Positions 25,727 to 38,017 of a stretch of DNA of 64,000 bases are shown one piece after another. The notes beneath the pieces were generated by a model. The model made no database searches. It had not been told where the DNA came from and saw only the letters and a list, made by a program, of their open reading frames with translations. Position numbers and translations under genes: made by a program. Source of the DNA: Octopus bimaculoides (Eukaryota). How positions within the stretch are numbered: position 1 is the first letter of the stretch; every line of letters begins with the position of its first letter. Where the stretch lies: assembly GCF_001194135.2 (NCBI RefSeq), contig NC_068995.1, positions 24,174,717 through 24,238,716 of the forward strand, given 5' to 3'.

Positions 25727-27510
25727 ATCTAGAATAATAATGTATCTGTTGACAATTGATGATTTAAGACAGTTGATTCCTTTCATTGCCCTCTTTGTGT
25801 CATAGACAGAAAGGTGTTTCCCCCTTTGGGATCAATCTATAATCAAATGAATTCTGGTAGAGGTTAATGCTATTCTAGAGTATATGCCACAATACGGACT
25901 CAAGAACATTGTTAATAATAACTGCTAAAATTCATCTCTTTTTTTCTAACTGGGAAGAGAATTCACCTCTGTACTCAATAACAAGGAAACAAGCACCAAA
26001 CAGAACGGGTCGTTACATACAAGGTTAAATATTCGCTTATGTTTGAATTATATCTACTGAGAGGAAGTGACTGTTGAAAAGATACGAACTCTCTACCTTT
26101 GGGCTGGCAAGCCTGCAGCCAAACAACTAACCAAAATTGATTCTGGATCTAGGGAATTTACTTACTTATGATAGAGAAACAGAAGATTTCTCTCCGATTT
26201 ACTAAACACCTGCTTTATGAACTTCAGCAGTTCATGAAAGAATCCTATGAATTATACAATGGCTGCCGGCTGTGTTTAATAACATTTCGTCATAAGAAAT
26301 ATGTCAGCTGATAGCAAGAACCACTAAGAAAAATATCTAAAAACAAAGTCAGCAAACAGATTATAAAGGTTTGTGAAGCAAAGCAAATAGAATCGCCAAC
26401 AACTAATGCAATGTATATTTCTGTTATGCAACCATTAATGTAAATTTCGTTGCAGAATATCCAATTCTGTTAGAAATTGTACTTCATTTATTCTTTTTAT
26501 TTCCATAATATCATATTACGAAGCAGGTAGTTATAAACAACAATGCTAACAAGAAATAATAATGGTGAAGAATCATCTTACGCGGAAAATATTCAGAGAA
26601 AAATAAAAAGGATACGAAACCTGCGTAGAGTCCTAATATGAGAAGATAATTTCTCTTTAAGATTCACTATATAAAGAGCTGATAGTGTTTTGCGTACAGA
26701 TTAAATATATGTCTAGTATATTTATTATAAACATTCTTGAAGCGTACGAAATTTCTATGGCTGCCCCTAAGCAGTCTTTCCGAACGCTTTCTTGCAACAT
26801 TTGCATATTAAACATCAATGCAAAGCAGATGCGCGGTTTTTAAATTAAAGATAGCAAGAAGAAAAGAATCCACAATAACATCCACCAAGTAAAAATGCAA
26901 TGCTAAGAACAATAACAAGATCATCGTGTTCATTAACATCAACATCAGCAGTATTAGACGAAATTTGTGCAAAAATAGATAAACAAATACAAATACAGCA
27001 TCAAAATTGCTTTTCTTTAAATAAAATAAAACCATGCAGTGCTGTTTCGAAGGATAATCCCAGGGGGTTGTTTTCACGCAAAAGAAAACATTGCTATGAG
27101 GCGCATTCCACAGCTAATAACTGTAAAGTAATGCCTAAAAGTTTTTAAAAAATGGAAAGAAAATCAATTTACGAAAACTAAAAAATATAACATCTCAATA
27201 ATGAATAAATAAAGCGTTAATGTCTTAGAGCTATTTTCTTATGCTAATTTTCTGACTTGCAACAATGCATCTTAGCTTGAGCTTAGTTCTTCATAAATTT
27301 CTAAATCAACAGCTCGAATTATTCAAATATTACTGTTCCATTTCCTGGTCGAGATTTATCGAAATACTCGTACGAACAAATATTGCGGAGGCCAATATTT
27401 AGCATTAAATTTGATAACCTATTTATTAACTGATGCACATTTTAACCACGCAAATACATACGTGCATCTATACACACTTTGTATCTCTTTTATCATATTT
27501 ATCTCCGCTG

Positions 27511-27712
27511 ATTCAGTTATTGGACTGTGGCCATACTGGGGCACCGTCTTGAAGAATTTTTAGTCGATTGAATCGACCCCCGTACTTAATTCTTTTAAGA
27601 CTGGTACTTATTCTATCGGTCTCTTTTGCTGAACCGCTATACAACGAGGCGTAACCACACCAACACCAACACCAGTTGTCAAGCGGTGGCGGGGTACTAA
27701 CAGACAGAAAGA
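27511..27712 (-). mobile_element. SINE family B, 3' half
   Basis: GGACTGTGGCCATACTGGGGCACCG...GTACTTATTCTATCGGTCTCTTTTGCTGAACCGCT...GTTGTCAAGCG matches 7038-7220. Confidence 0.8.
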
Positions 27713-27745
27713 CGTGCACACACACACGCACACACACACACACAT

Positions 27746-27797
<52 letters not shown>

Positions 27798-28561
27798 GTA
27801 ATGTATATATATATGTATGTGTGTATATATATATANNNNNNNNNNNNNNNNNNNNNNNNNNNNNNNNNNNNNNNNNNNNNNNNNNNNNNNNNNNNNNNNN
27901 NNNNNNNNNNNNNNNNNNNNNNNNNNNNNNNNNNNNNNNNNNNNNNNNNNNNNNNNNNNNNNNNNNNNNNNNNNNNNNNNNNNNNNNNNNNNNNNNNNNN
28001 NNNNNNNNNNNNNNNNNNNNNNNNNNNNNNNNNNNNNNNNNNNNNNNNNNNNNNNNNNNNNNNNNNNNNNNNNNNNNNNNNNNNNNNNNNNNNNNNNNNN
28101 NNNNNNNNNNNNNNNNNNNNNNNNNNNNNNNNNNNNNNNNNNNNNNNNNNNNNNNNNNNNNNNNNNNNNNNNNNNNNNNNNNNNNNNNNNNNNNNNNNNN
28201 NNNNNNNNNNNNNNNNNNNNNNNNNNNNNNNNNNNNNNNNNNNNNNNNNNNNNNNNNNNNNNNNNNNNNNNNNNNNNNNNNNNNNNNNNNNNNNNNNNNN
28301 NNNNNNNNNNNNNNNNNNNNNNNNNNNNNNNNNNNNNNNNNNNNNNNNNNNNNNNNNNNNNNNNNNNNNNNNNNNNNNNNNNNNNNNNNNNNNNNNNNNN
28401 NNNNNNNNNNNNNNNNNNNNNNNNNNNNNNNNNNNNNNNNNNNNNNNNNNNNNNNNNNNNNNNNNNNNNNNNNNNNNNNNNNNNNNNNNNNNNNNNNNNN
28501 NNNNNNNNNNNNNNNNNNNNNNNNNNNNNNNNNNNNNNNNNNNNNNNNNNNNNNNNNNNNN

Positions 28562-28594
28562 TGGTGGTGGTGGTGGTGGTTATGGTGGTGGAGT

Positions 28595-28634
<40 letters not shown>

Positions 28635-28655
28635 GGTGGTGGTAGTGGTGGCGGC

Positions 28656-28714
<59 letters not shown>

Positions 28715-28716
28715 TA
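28562..28716. repeat. Compound trinucleotide microsatellite (GGT/AGT/GGC/AGC)
   Basis: Blocks of (GGT)n, (AGT)n, (GGC)n, (AGC)n and (AGT)n next to a gap, read directly. Confidence 0.95.
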
Positions 28717-28860
28717 ATGTTTCTATTACATATTTTCAGTGTACAACCGCTTGCAGTTCTGTGTGACATTGATAGGTGCAGTGTTTCGATTTCTTTTTGC
28801 TTTTGCAATGTATTGAAATACGTGTACAATGCATCAAATGTGTAGAATGTGTAATATACT

Positions 28861-29018
28861 CTTTTACTTGTTTCAGTCATTTGACTGTGGCCATGCTGGA
28901 GCACCGTGTTTGTGTGTGTGTGTGTGTGTTTGTATGTGTGCGTGCGTGTGTGTTTGTGTGTCCCTGTTTGTCCCCCAGCATCGCTTGACATCCGATGCTG
29001 GTGTGTTTACGTCCCCGT
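28861..29018. mobile_element. Two SINE family B fragments in opposite orientations
   Basis: 28861-28906 is the reverse-oriented tail (TTTTACTTGTTTCAGTCATTTGACTGTGGCC). About 28945-29018 is the plus-oriented middle (TGTTTGTCCCCCAGCATCGCTTGACA..GATGCTGGTGTGTTTACGTCCC). Confidence 0.7.
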
Positions 29019-29262
29019 ATCTTTATGTACAATATACATTATAAGTATGCAGCATGTAATATGTGCAGAATATGTGGTATGCAGTAAATGTGATATGCAG
29101 TAAATAATTGTACAATATGAAATACGTGTGCAATGTGTAATATGTGTACAATATATAATACGTATGCAATGTGTAGTATATGTAATATATGTGCATAATA
29201 TGTAATTAGTGCAATGTGACATGGGCACAGTATATAACGTGTAATACGCAATGTATGTAATC

Positions 29263-29712
29263 GCAGGCATGGCTATATGGTAAGTAGCTTGCTCCCAACC
29301 ACATGGTTCCGGGTTCAGTCCCACTGAGTAGTACCTTGGGTAAGTGTCTTATACTATAGCCTCGGGCCCGTCAAAGTCTTGTGAGTGGATCTGGTTGACA
29401 GAAACTGAAAGAAGTCCATCGTATATGAGTGCGCGCATGTGTGTGTGCGCGCGTGCATGTGTGAGTGCGTGCGTGCATGTGTGTGTGCGTGTGCGTGTGC
29501 GTGTGTGGTGTGTATCTATGCGTGTGTCTCTTTGTGACTGTGTTTGTCTCCTTCTTACCGCTTGATAACCGGTATTGGTGTGTTTACATCCCCGTAACTT
29601 AGTGGTTCGGCACAAGAGGCCGACGGAGTAAGTACTAGGCTTCAAAAAATAAGTCCTGGGGTCGATTTTTCGACTAACACTCTTTAAGGCGGTGTTCCAG
29701 TATGGCCGCAGT
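29263..29712 (+). mobile_element. SINE family B, full length with internal (GT/GC) microsatellite
   Basis: ATGGCTATATGGTAAGTAGCTTGC...GGGTTCAGTCCCACTG head and GGCGGTGTTCCAGTATGGCCGCAGT tail. Confidence 0.85.
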
Positions 29713-31400
29713 GAAAGAATATTTGTACAGTATGTCATGTGTGCACAATATGTAATATGTGTGGAATATTTTGCAATGTGTAATATCTGTGCAACATGTA
29801 ATATGTGTTTGGACTCAGAGGTTAAGATTTCGGTCAAGGCACTCACAAAAGGGTAGACATTTGTCATCTTTACTTCGGTTTACAAGACATGGACCTTTAA
29901 AATACCCGGATAAGTGATTCGGAAACTATGAACTACTGGGGTATATTTTCGGTTCAGAAAAATTCGACATGCACAGAAGTACCCTTAGCTGAGTCTCTCC
30001 TAGATGTATACAGAGTGGCAAAATCGTTCTGAACGCCCTCGTTCATTGTATAAGCAATGCTAATTTCTGGGAGTTATCTCAAACAGCTATTTTGTGAGTA
30101 GAACATATCCCACTATAGGTCAAATCTATCGTGAGAAATCCTTCCCCTACATTGAAGATGGTTTTCCTGTGTGATGACTATGGCAAAATAGATTTTCAAG
30201 GTTGATGCAATAGGAATGAGCTCAAACACTTTCCTCTTCAACCAACTTCTCCAAGTTTCTCCTACACAAGAAAATAATAGTGAATTGGAAAACGTTGCCT
30301 TCCAGTTTATTTGCTGAAAAATGAGTGAAAATGATGATCATGACCCGACTGACTGCGCATCGTTTCTGCACGTGCCCCTAGGCTAGAGAATACACTTGTG
30401 AGATAACATTTACTCTTATTAGGAAGAATAATCTAGAATTTATGCAGTTCCCTCTTATACACATACGTACACAAACATTCACGCACGCATACATATATAT
30501 GTGCATACATATTTACACATAAATATATATGCACACGTACATAAATGTGCATATGTGGTCTGTTTATGTCAAGAATCACATGTGTTTGTGTGAGAGAAGG
30601 AGAGAGCGAGAAGCAACAGAATGTTATATACATTTTGGGAATGTATTAGTAGCCAGAAAACTTTCAATCCTGTATAGAGAGTCAATCATCGACCGAGTAC
30701 CCGCCTTAACTGTCCACGTTCAAATTCCTTATATACGCACTAATACGAAGAGATAGACCGGTTTGCACATTTAACGCATTCTTGACAATTGGTTCCATAA
30801 ATAAATTACTGATGCATTACGAGCGTTCAGCTTAACTTCTGTACACAAAAATGTTCCTATTAATTAGCCTCAATGTTCTGCAGTAATAGTAGGTTAAAAA
30901 GTAGTGCCTTTGCGAGCACTGAAACCCAACATAGGACCTAGAATAATCGGGTTGGTCTCCATTTTCCTGTCCATGGAAGCATTATTTAAGGATCAGGTAT
31001 ACGTTATGTATGCACGATAAGTTTATCTGATCAAATTAAGGCGTGAGTAAAGATGGATTTATTGAAAATACCTGTGAAAATAATTGAACAATATCTCTGA
31101 TTGAAACCCAAGGCAGAATTGAGCTTTATTGTGCATAAAGACAGTTTACATCCCATTTCTATGGCTAAAATGTACACATCATATATATAAAGGGTAAATT
31201 GTCGCAATTTTATATTTTGAATTTCGCGCATGCGATTGTTTGTTTTTGATTTTGTCGACTGCACAATATAGTAGGGTCAGTTGGGCAAAAGTTTGGAAAC
31301 GATATGCTGTACTGCTTGGCATTCGCGCCTTAGGCTCCAATACGAATATTTCAGAGTGTTTGAGTGTCAATTTTAGGACAGTGCAGTCTGAGGACATTTA

Positions 31401-32007
31401 CTAAGAGTGATTAAAAATCAAGCATCCAGTCAATATCATGGTATCCGGAGTGATCACTAGTAAATTCATCTTCCCACACGGCTCAGACTCAACACGGAGG
31501 CCTACATAAAGTGCCTGGAGGAGATAGTGTTGCCCTGGGTCAAGAGGGTGGCTGCTGGAAGACTTATGTCTGGCAACAGGACTCTGTACCATGCCACACA
31601 AGCAGGAGAGCCCAGTAATGGCTGTCAGACAATTTCTGCGACCACATAACCCCTAACATTTGGTCAACTAACTCCGCAGACTGCAAGCTCCTTCATTATT
31701 ATGTGTGACGTGCAGTTTAGCGAGTGACCAACAAAACTCCTTGTAACACCAAAGATTAATTGAAGGCAAGGATTATGGCAGCATTCACCACCTTAACCAA
31801 GGAGGTCGTCCAGAAGAGTTGCAAGAGATCCCGAAGTCATCTGGAGGCCGTGGTTGAAGCCAATGGCAATTTTATTTAATAAATTTACTCTTTAGTATTT
31901 CAAGATATTTTTATGTACTTCTGGTAAATATATCTGTTAAAATGAGATGTCCGTGCTATTTTCATATTTGCGTAATTTAGACGACAGTTTATTCACCACA
32001 TCCTGTA
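31401..32007 (+). mobile_element. DD37D (maT-type) Tc1/mariner transposon, 3' part, decayed
   Basis: YVWQQDSVPCHTSRRAQ*WLSDNFCDHITPNIWSTNSADCKLLHYYV: 37 residues lie between the QQD aspartate and the third catalytic position (H here, D in the 46-kb copy). The end TTTATTCACCACATCCTG-TA matches the 46150 copy. Confidence 0.88.
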
Positions 32008-32009
32008 TA

Positions 32010-32871
32010 TGTGATCTGATCAATAAATATCCGGAATCTTGGTATAGTAACAAAGTTAAAGCACACAGAGTGAAGCAACTTGAGATACATTTGACCTTAA
32101 ATTCTGCTGTACACGCGCACTAAATTTTAACGTTCTAGCTCACTTCTGCTGTTTACAGCAGTGCTTGAAAGAAAGGTGTGTAGCGCGTGATCGTCTCATC
32201 GATCATGACACACAGAAAGTTGAACCGAGGATCTGCATCATTTTTTTTCAAAAGCTTGGCCATGCCTGCTGAGAGGTTTACGCAAAGGTTTCAGAAAGTT
32301 TTCATCGTTCTCGATACAATCAAGATCTTGTGCAACTGAAACCCAAGTAACTTTTTGGTCAGCTAAAAGCAGTTTTAGCAGAAACTTGGCGGACATGTGT
32401 CTCATACCGAAACCTTCAGTGATAATAGAATGAAATGAACCGTAACTAATCTGCACATTCTCTGATAACTCACGGATGGTGATTCGACGATTTTCTCTCA
32501 CAGCTGAATGCATATCTGCGATGTTTTTCGCAGTTCTGCTGGTTGCATGTCTCCAAGAACGTTTGTCAATATCGACATTTTTCGGCCAACTTGAAAACGC
32601 CTGAACCACTCTTACACTTGTGTGCGGCTCATACATTCCTCCCTATACACTTTCTGCAACTTTGCGTGGGCCTCTGAGCAGGTATGACCATCACAATTTA
32701 CTCTGTCATGGTCAATGCGACGATCAAACGCTACACATCTTCCTTTCAAGCACTGCTGTAAACAGCAGAATAGAGCTAGAACGCTAAAGCTTAGTGAGCA
32801 TGCGGCTTTACTTTGCGGGCTTTAGCTTTGTTACTATGAGAACAGTCCGGATACTTATTGATCAGACCTCG
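32010..32871. mobile_element. Mariner derivative made of two left ends joined head-to-head
   Basis: TIRs (C/T)G(A/T)G(G/A)TCTGATCAATAA.TATCCGGA on both sides with flanking TA (32008-09, 32872-73). Both arms contain the 5' UTR and transposase start. The minus arm continues RRITIRELSENVQISYGS..ENDENFLK. Confidence 0.85.
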
Positions 32872-32872
32872 T

Positions 32873-32977
<105 letters not shown>

Positions 32978-33064
32978 TACAAGAGTTACAAAATGGAGCA
33001 GGAAAATCGAGGCATCGTATATAGACAGGAAATAAGTTTCATGTAGCCGTTGTTGTTGGTAAAT

Positions 33065-33109
<45 letters not shown>

Positions 33110-35305
33110 ATGCACACATGCATTTATGTATGTATTCAATAAATTGATATGTGCAGTTAGTATTTCCTTTATCAATGTGCTAAGACCTGACAACAGTACA
33201 GTGGTTTCAACACATTACTGCATCTTCTCAAAGATTTCTTACCTTTAGAGGAATACAGAAATGTACTGAAAGGATTCGGCGTATAAATACATTCAATACA
33301 TATACACATTACATTTACATATGTGTGTGCAGAGAATTGTGATTGACGCAAATATATGCATTTCTTGTGAATATTGTTATTCACTGCCTCTGCGTTCTCT
33401 GCGTATTTATTGCAGTGTTCACAACACTATTTGATAGGCTGAGTTTGAAACTTGGCCTCCTGAGAAATCGAACTAGGTTTTGTGATTTTTGAAGATTGCA
33501 CTATCTTCTTGAGTTTCTGTCTCTCATCAACTGATGAAATGTGGATCTTTGCACATCACCGTACTAAATGACCTCTAGTATCTGAAACTGTAATGCTGTC
33601 TGTAATGTATTCTCCGCTATTGTTTCTAATGTAATCTTTATACTGCCTTAATTGTTGCTTCTTGTCAGTTTTGCATAATGTTATTGAGGACTATCGAGAT
33701 CTTTGGTGTGTCGGACTAAATACCTTGCGGTATTCTGTCTTGTTGTGTCTTGAATTCAAATCGCACCGAAGTCAACTTTGTCTTTCATGCTTTTAGGGTC
33801 GATATAATAGACTGTTCTCTCCCCACAAATTTGAGATTTTGAGATCTTAGAAATTTTTATTGTTGTTGCTGACACAGTTGCTCTTGTTGATCGAAACATC
33901 ATTTGTTTGTGCTGTCGTTGTTATTGTCACCGAAGTGATTAAATTCGCGTTGTCGTTGTTGCAGTTGTTGCTAAACCATTGCTGAAACCCGGTTGAGCAT
34001 TTGACTTTTTACTATCCCATCATTTTTTATACCTCGAGCTACATTGTCTAATTCGTACCTCCTGGTATAAGACTGTAGGGTGTGCTTTTAGGTAGAATCA
34101 ATTGCTGCTACTTACAAGTCGAACACTATTTTCATGTTGTCTGCATTGTTCTTACTTGTTTTGTTATTTTGCAGCTGACGTCATTGAATATGTTATTGTT
34201 GTTCTTAATACTGCCGTTACTAATGTTATTTAAAATACTTGTGTAGCTAATGTAGTCTTCACTTTGCCTGGTTGTATGATGATGGTAATGACGATGAAAG
34301 TGTAGATGATAGTTTAGTCAACCATGCATCGAAGGCATTTTATTCACTGTCTCTGCATATTGTCTTTATTTATTGCACTGCATCGAAGATATTAGAATAT
34401 CTATCAGATGATTACACTTTTAACGTCTTTGTTGAAATCATTACAGAGATGACTGGTAAGTGTCATACAGAGTATATCTTATTGTAAGGAATAAAGTTGG
34501 TCGGCTATTTGTTGATGTAGTTTGGTTGCTACACTGTTCAGTGACTATTTAGATATTCCAATGTTTGCTTGTAGAATCTTTGCTGATGTGTCAAAATGTC
34601 TGTGTGCATATTATAGGAGTTAGAAGTATCTTCGTCAGAGTGTGAATTTTAATGATAGTGAATAAATAGTTTGGGAATAGAAAAGAAAGAAATGAGGAAA
34701 TAGAGAGGAAATAAAAAATAGTTCACGTGTTACATATGAGATAAAGCGTAAGATAATTGATTGATAGGGAGCAGTAAAAATCATGTGAGAGAACTATAAC
34801 TAGGATGGCAAAAATGTATGCAAACTTGAAAAAGTATTAAATGTAGGGTCGAAAATTTGAAAAGCAGCGGCAATCTGTAATGTATTTACTTTTTCTTCCA
34901 TTGCTTTCTCACTTCACAACTTGTCAACGACTACCTAATCCTTCAAATAGTTTGCGTTCTTGTTATCTCCCTCATATCGCTGTACTCTCCAACGAGTTTC
35001 TCGCTTTGTGACCATTATTAATCTCAATCTATGCATTTGGTATCATCAGCAGATAGTTCTGTGCGATGAAGAATACCGCCTGAAACCAAAAGGTTACCTT
35101 CTCCTCTTCCCTGTGATAAACCATTTATTCCACTTTTGATCTAGTTACTTTTATTGTGTCAACATACAGCATCACTAGTTTCTTCAGGGCCAACATACAT
35201 TGTCATAATTATTATACTATCTTCAGTTCAATGTTTAGTGTAACCTTACTGGTTACATACTTTCTTTTTTAGCATAAGTCAATATCAACCTTTAAAGGAC
35301 ATTTG

Positions 35306-35346
<41 letters not shown>

Positions 35347-35577
35347 TGCGTGTCTGTGTCTGTGTCTATGTCTGTGTCTGTGTCTATGTCTGTGTCTCTG
35401 TGTGTCTGTGTCTGTGTGCGTGTGTGTATGTATGTTTGTATGTGTGTGTATGTGTGTGTGCACGCGCGTGCATGCGTGTGTGAATGTGTAAGGAATATTG
35501 GTATAAGGTTGTTCATTACTTTTTCAGTCTTCGAAGAAATAGGTAAACTAACCCTGCTTATAAATTTACTAGATAGG

Positions 35578-35634
<57 letters not shown>

Positions 35635-36323
35635 NNNNNNNNNNNNNNNNNNNNNNNNNNNNNNNNNNNNNNNNNNNNNNNNNNNNNNNNNNNNNNNNNN
35701 NNNNNNNNNNNNNNNNNNNNNNNNNNNNNNNNNNNNNNNNNNNNNNNNGCACACACACGCACACCACCACCACCACCACCACCACACATGCACACACACA
35801 CGTACGCACGCACGAACACACACACGTACGCACGCACGAACACACACACGCACGCAGACATACGCATACATAAATACATACATACATGCATACATACATG
35901 CATGCATGCATGCATACATACATACATACATACATACATGTGGTATGCGTTTATCATATATCCAGCATGTGGAGGATATTCACATATTGTATGGCGTAAA
36001 AGGTTCTCACCTATTGATATAATAGCAACATTGAATCATATTAATGATGCTCCATTTGCCTCTAATGAAGATAATGACTCTACTTAATCAGAAAACAAGC
36101 TCGGTAGAAATTCTCGAAAGACTGAAAATATATCACACAAGTCGGTACAAAACTAGAGGGCGTGTGATGATAATTAGTCGTAAGTGAAAGTGCTCCCTAA
36201 TAAAGAAAGCTATGTGATTGTCAGCCCGTTCCGATGTTGGGCAGTCTGGTTTCTTCCGGTCGATATTGCAATAGGTGGAGGGTTTTTTGTTGGTCCTCTG
36301 CAGAATAGTCGGTTGACAGAGCT

Positions 36324-36438
36324 GCCATCTTGGATGATCGGCCTTCCATCTTGGATGATCGGCCTGCCATCTTGGATGATCGGCCTGCCATCTTGGATGA
36401 GGGGACTGCTATCTTAGATGATAGGGTTGCCATCTTGG
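36324..36438. repeat. 21-bp minisatellite, ~5.5 units (GCCATCTTGGATGATCGGCCT)
   Basis: Units start at 36324, 36345, 36366, 36387, 36408 and 36429, inside a GC-richer block (36230-36720). The minus frame gives SSKMAGR repeats. Confidence 0.9.
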
Positions 36439-37649
36439 CGCCGTGAGTCACCATTAGTGTGGAACATCCCCGGGAAACAGGTCCGCCTGGGGTGGCCTTA
36501 CCAGAAGCAAATCTCCAAACGGATCTAAGAAATACGCAAGCTCCCTCGCCACAACAAGGGACCCAGTAGAGAGATACAGAGGGTGCAGAGGGGTTGGTAC
36601 GAGACCACCTGCAATGGAGGGCACTGGTGGACTTCATCGGCTCTACGCATGATGACGTCTCTGGGATCACGAACCTGGGATAACATCAAGCCTCACCAAT
36701 CAAGAGCATCGAGTGAGTGAAGAAGGCGGTTCTGCTAGTTATAGAATCAATAATCGTTTATTGAGTCCTAAAGCAATATGGGTGCAAAACTACGATCTGT
36801 ATAAATGAGTGACTAAGAAATGTTTTGATTTTTGATTTAAAAAATCAAATTCTTTTTAAGCAATATCCTGTCCTTAGAAACATTTCGATAAATGCTTCGA
36901 AAATGTGATTAGTCAAGCCTTATGGAAACAAAAAGAAATAATATATTTATTTGGTGTGTTCGTTACTTGTGACATTTTTCGTCCGAGGATATATATCGCA
37001 ATGCCAAACTTAGAATTAGCTCAACACAGTTATACCAGTAGTCAGCAGCTTAAGAACTATGGAGCAATGTATACCTTCCGAAAACATGTGTCTTCAAATG
37101 TGTAATCAGGGGTTTGTCTAACAATTTTTACGAATCATTTTTATTATAGAAAAGGAAAAATAGTAGTAACTTCTTCACGGTTTATCAAACAAAAGTTTTT
37201 ATGTCAACAAAAAAAAAATCGAATATTTTTATGGGGCAAGAAGATGTTAATAGCTGGAATTAAGTTCTGGGAGCAAGACAGTGATGTATTGGGGTAACAG
37301 ANNNNNNNNNNNNNNNNNNNNNNNNNNNNNNNNNNNNNNNNNNNNNNNNNNNNNNNNNNNNNNNNNNNNNNNNNNNNNNNNNNNNNNNNNNNNNNNNNNN
37401 NNNNNNNNNNNNNNNNNNNNNNNNNNNNNNNNNNNNNNNNNNNNNNNNNNNNNNNNNNNNNNNNNNNNNNNNNNNNNNNNNNNNNNNNNNNNNNNNNNNN
37501 NNNNNNNNNNNNNNNNNNNNNNNNNNNNNNNNNNNNNNNNNNNNNNNNNNNNNNNNNNNNNNNNNNNNNNNNNNNNNNNNNNNNNNNNNNNNNNNNNNNN
37601 NNNNNNNNNNNNNNNNNNNNNNNNNNNNNNNNNNNNNNNNNNNNNNNNN

Positions 37650-37700
<51 letters not shown>

Positions 37701-37968
37701 ATATGTGACTGTATGTTGCATGTGAAGTTGTGTGTGCATTTTCGGTACTCTTGGAACATTTATTTATATGTGTATGTACATGTTTATGTGTATATATATA
37801 TATGCATACATATATACACACATGCACACATATATAAACATGTATAAATATATGTACACATAGGCACATACAGATCGACACACGTATATATGTGTGTTTG
37901 TGTGTATGTATGTATATATATATATATATATATAAATGTGTGTGTGTGTATGTATGCGCGCGCGCGTG

Positions 37969-38017
<49 letters not shown>

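Noticed and set aside
26050-26330. Integrase-like SGSREF motif (Ginger-like)
   Set aside because: One short motif among many stops, and the flanking residues do not fit.
26900-27148. 82-aa ORF as a candidate exon
   Set aside because: No recognisable homology or splice context, and the length is within chance.
27513-28991. 492-aa ORF with poly-Thr/Ala
   Set aside because: Mostly gap plus trinucleotide microsatellite and SINE sequence.
36324-36438. CRISPR-like array
   Set aside because: Units are contiguous with no unique spacers, and the context is eukaryotic, so it is a minisatellite.
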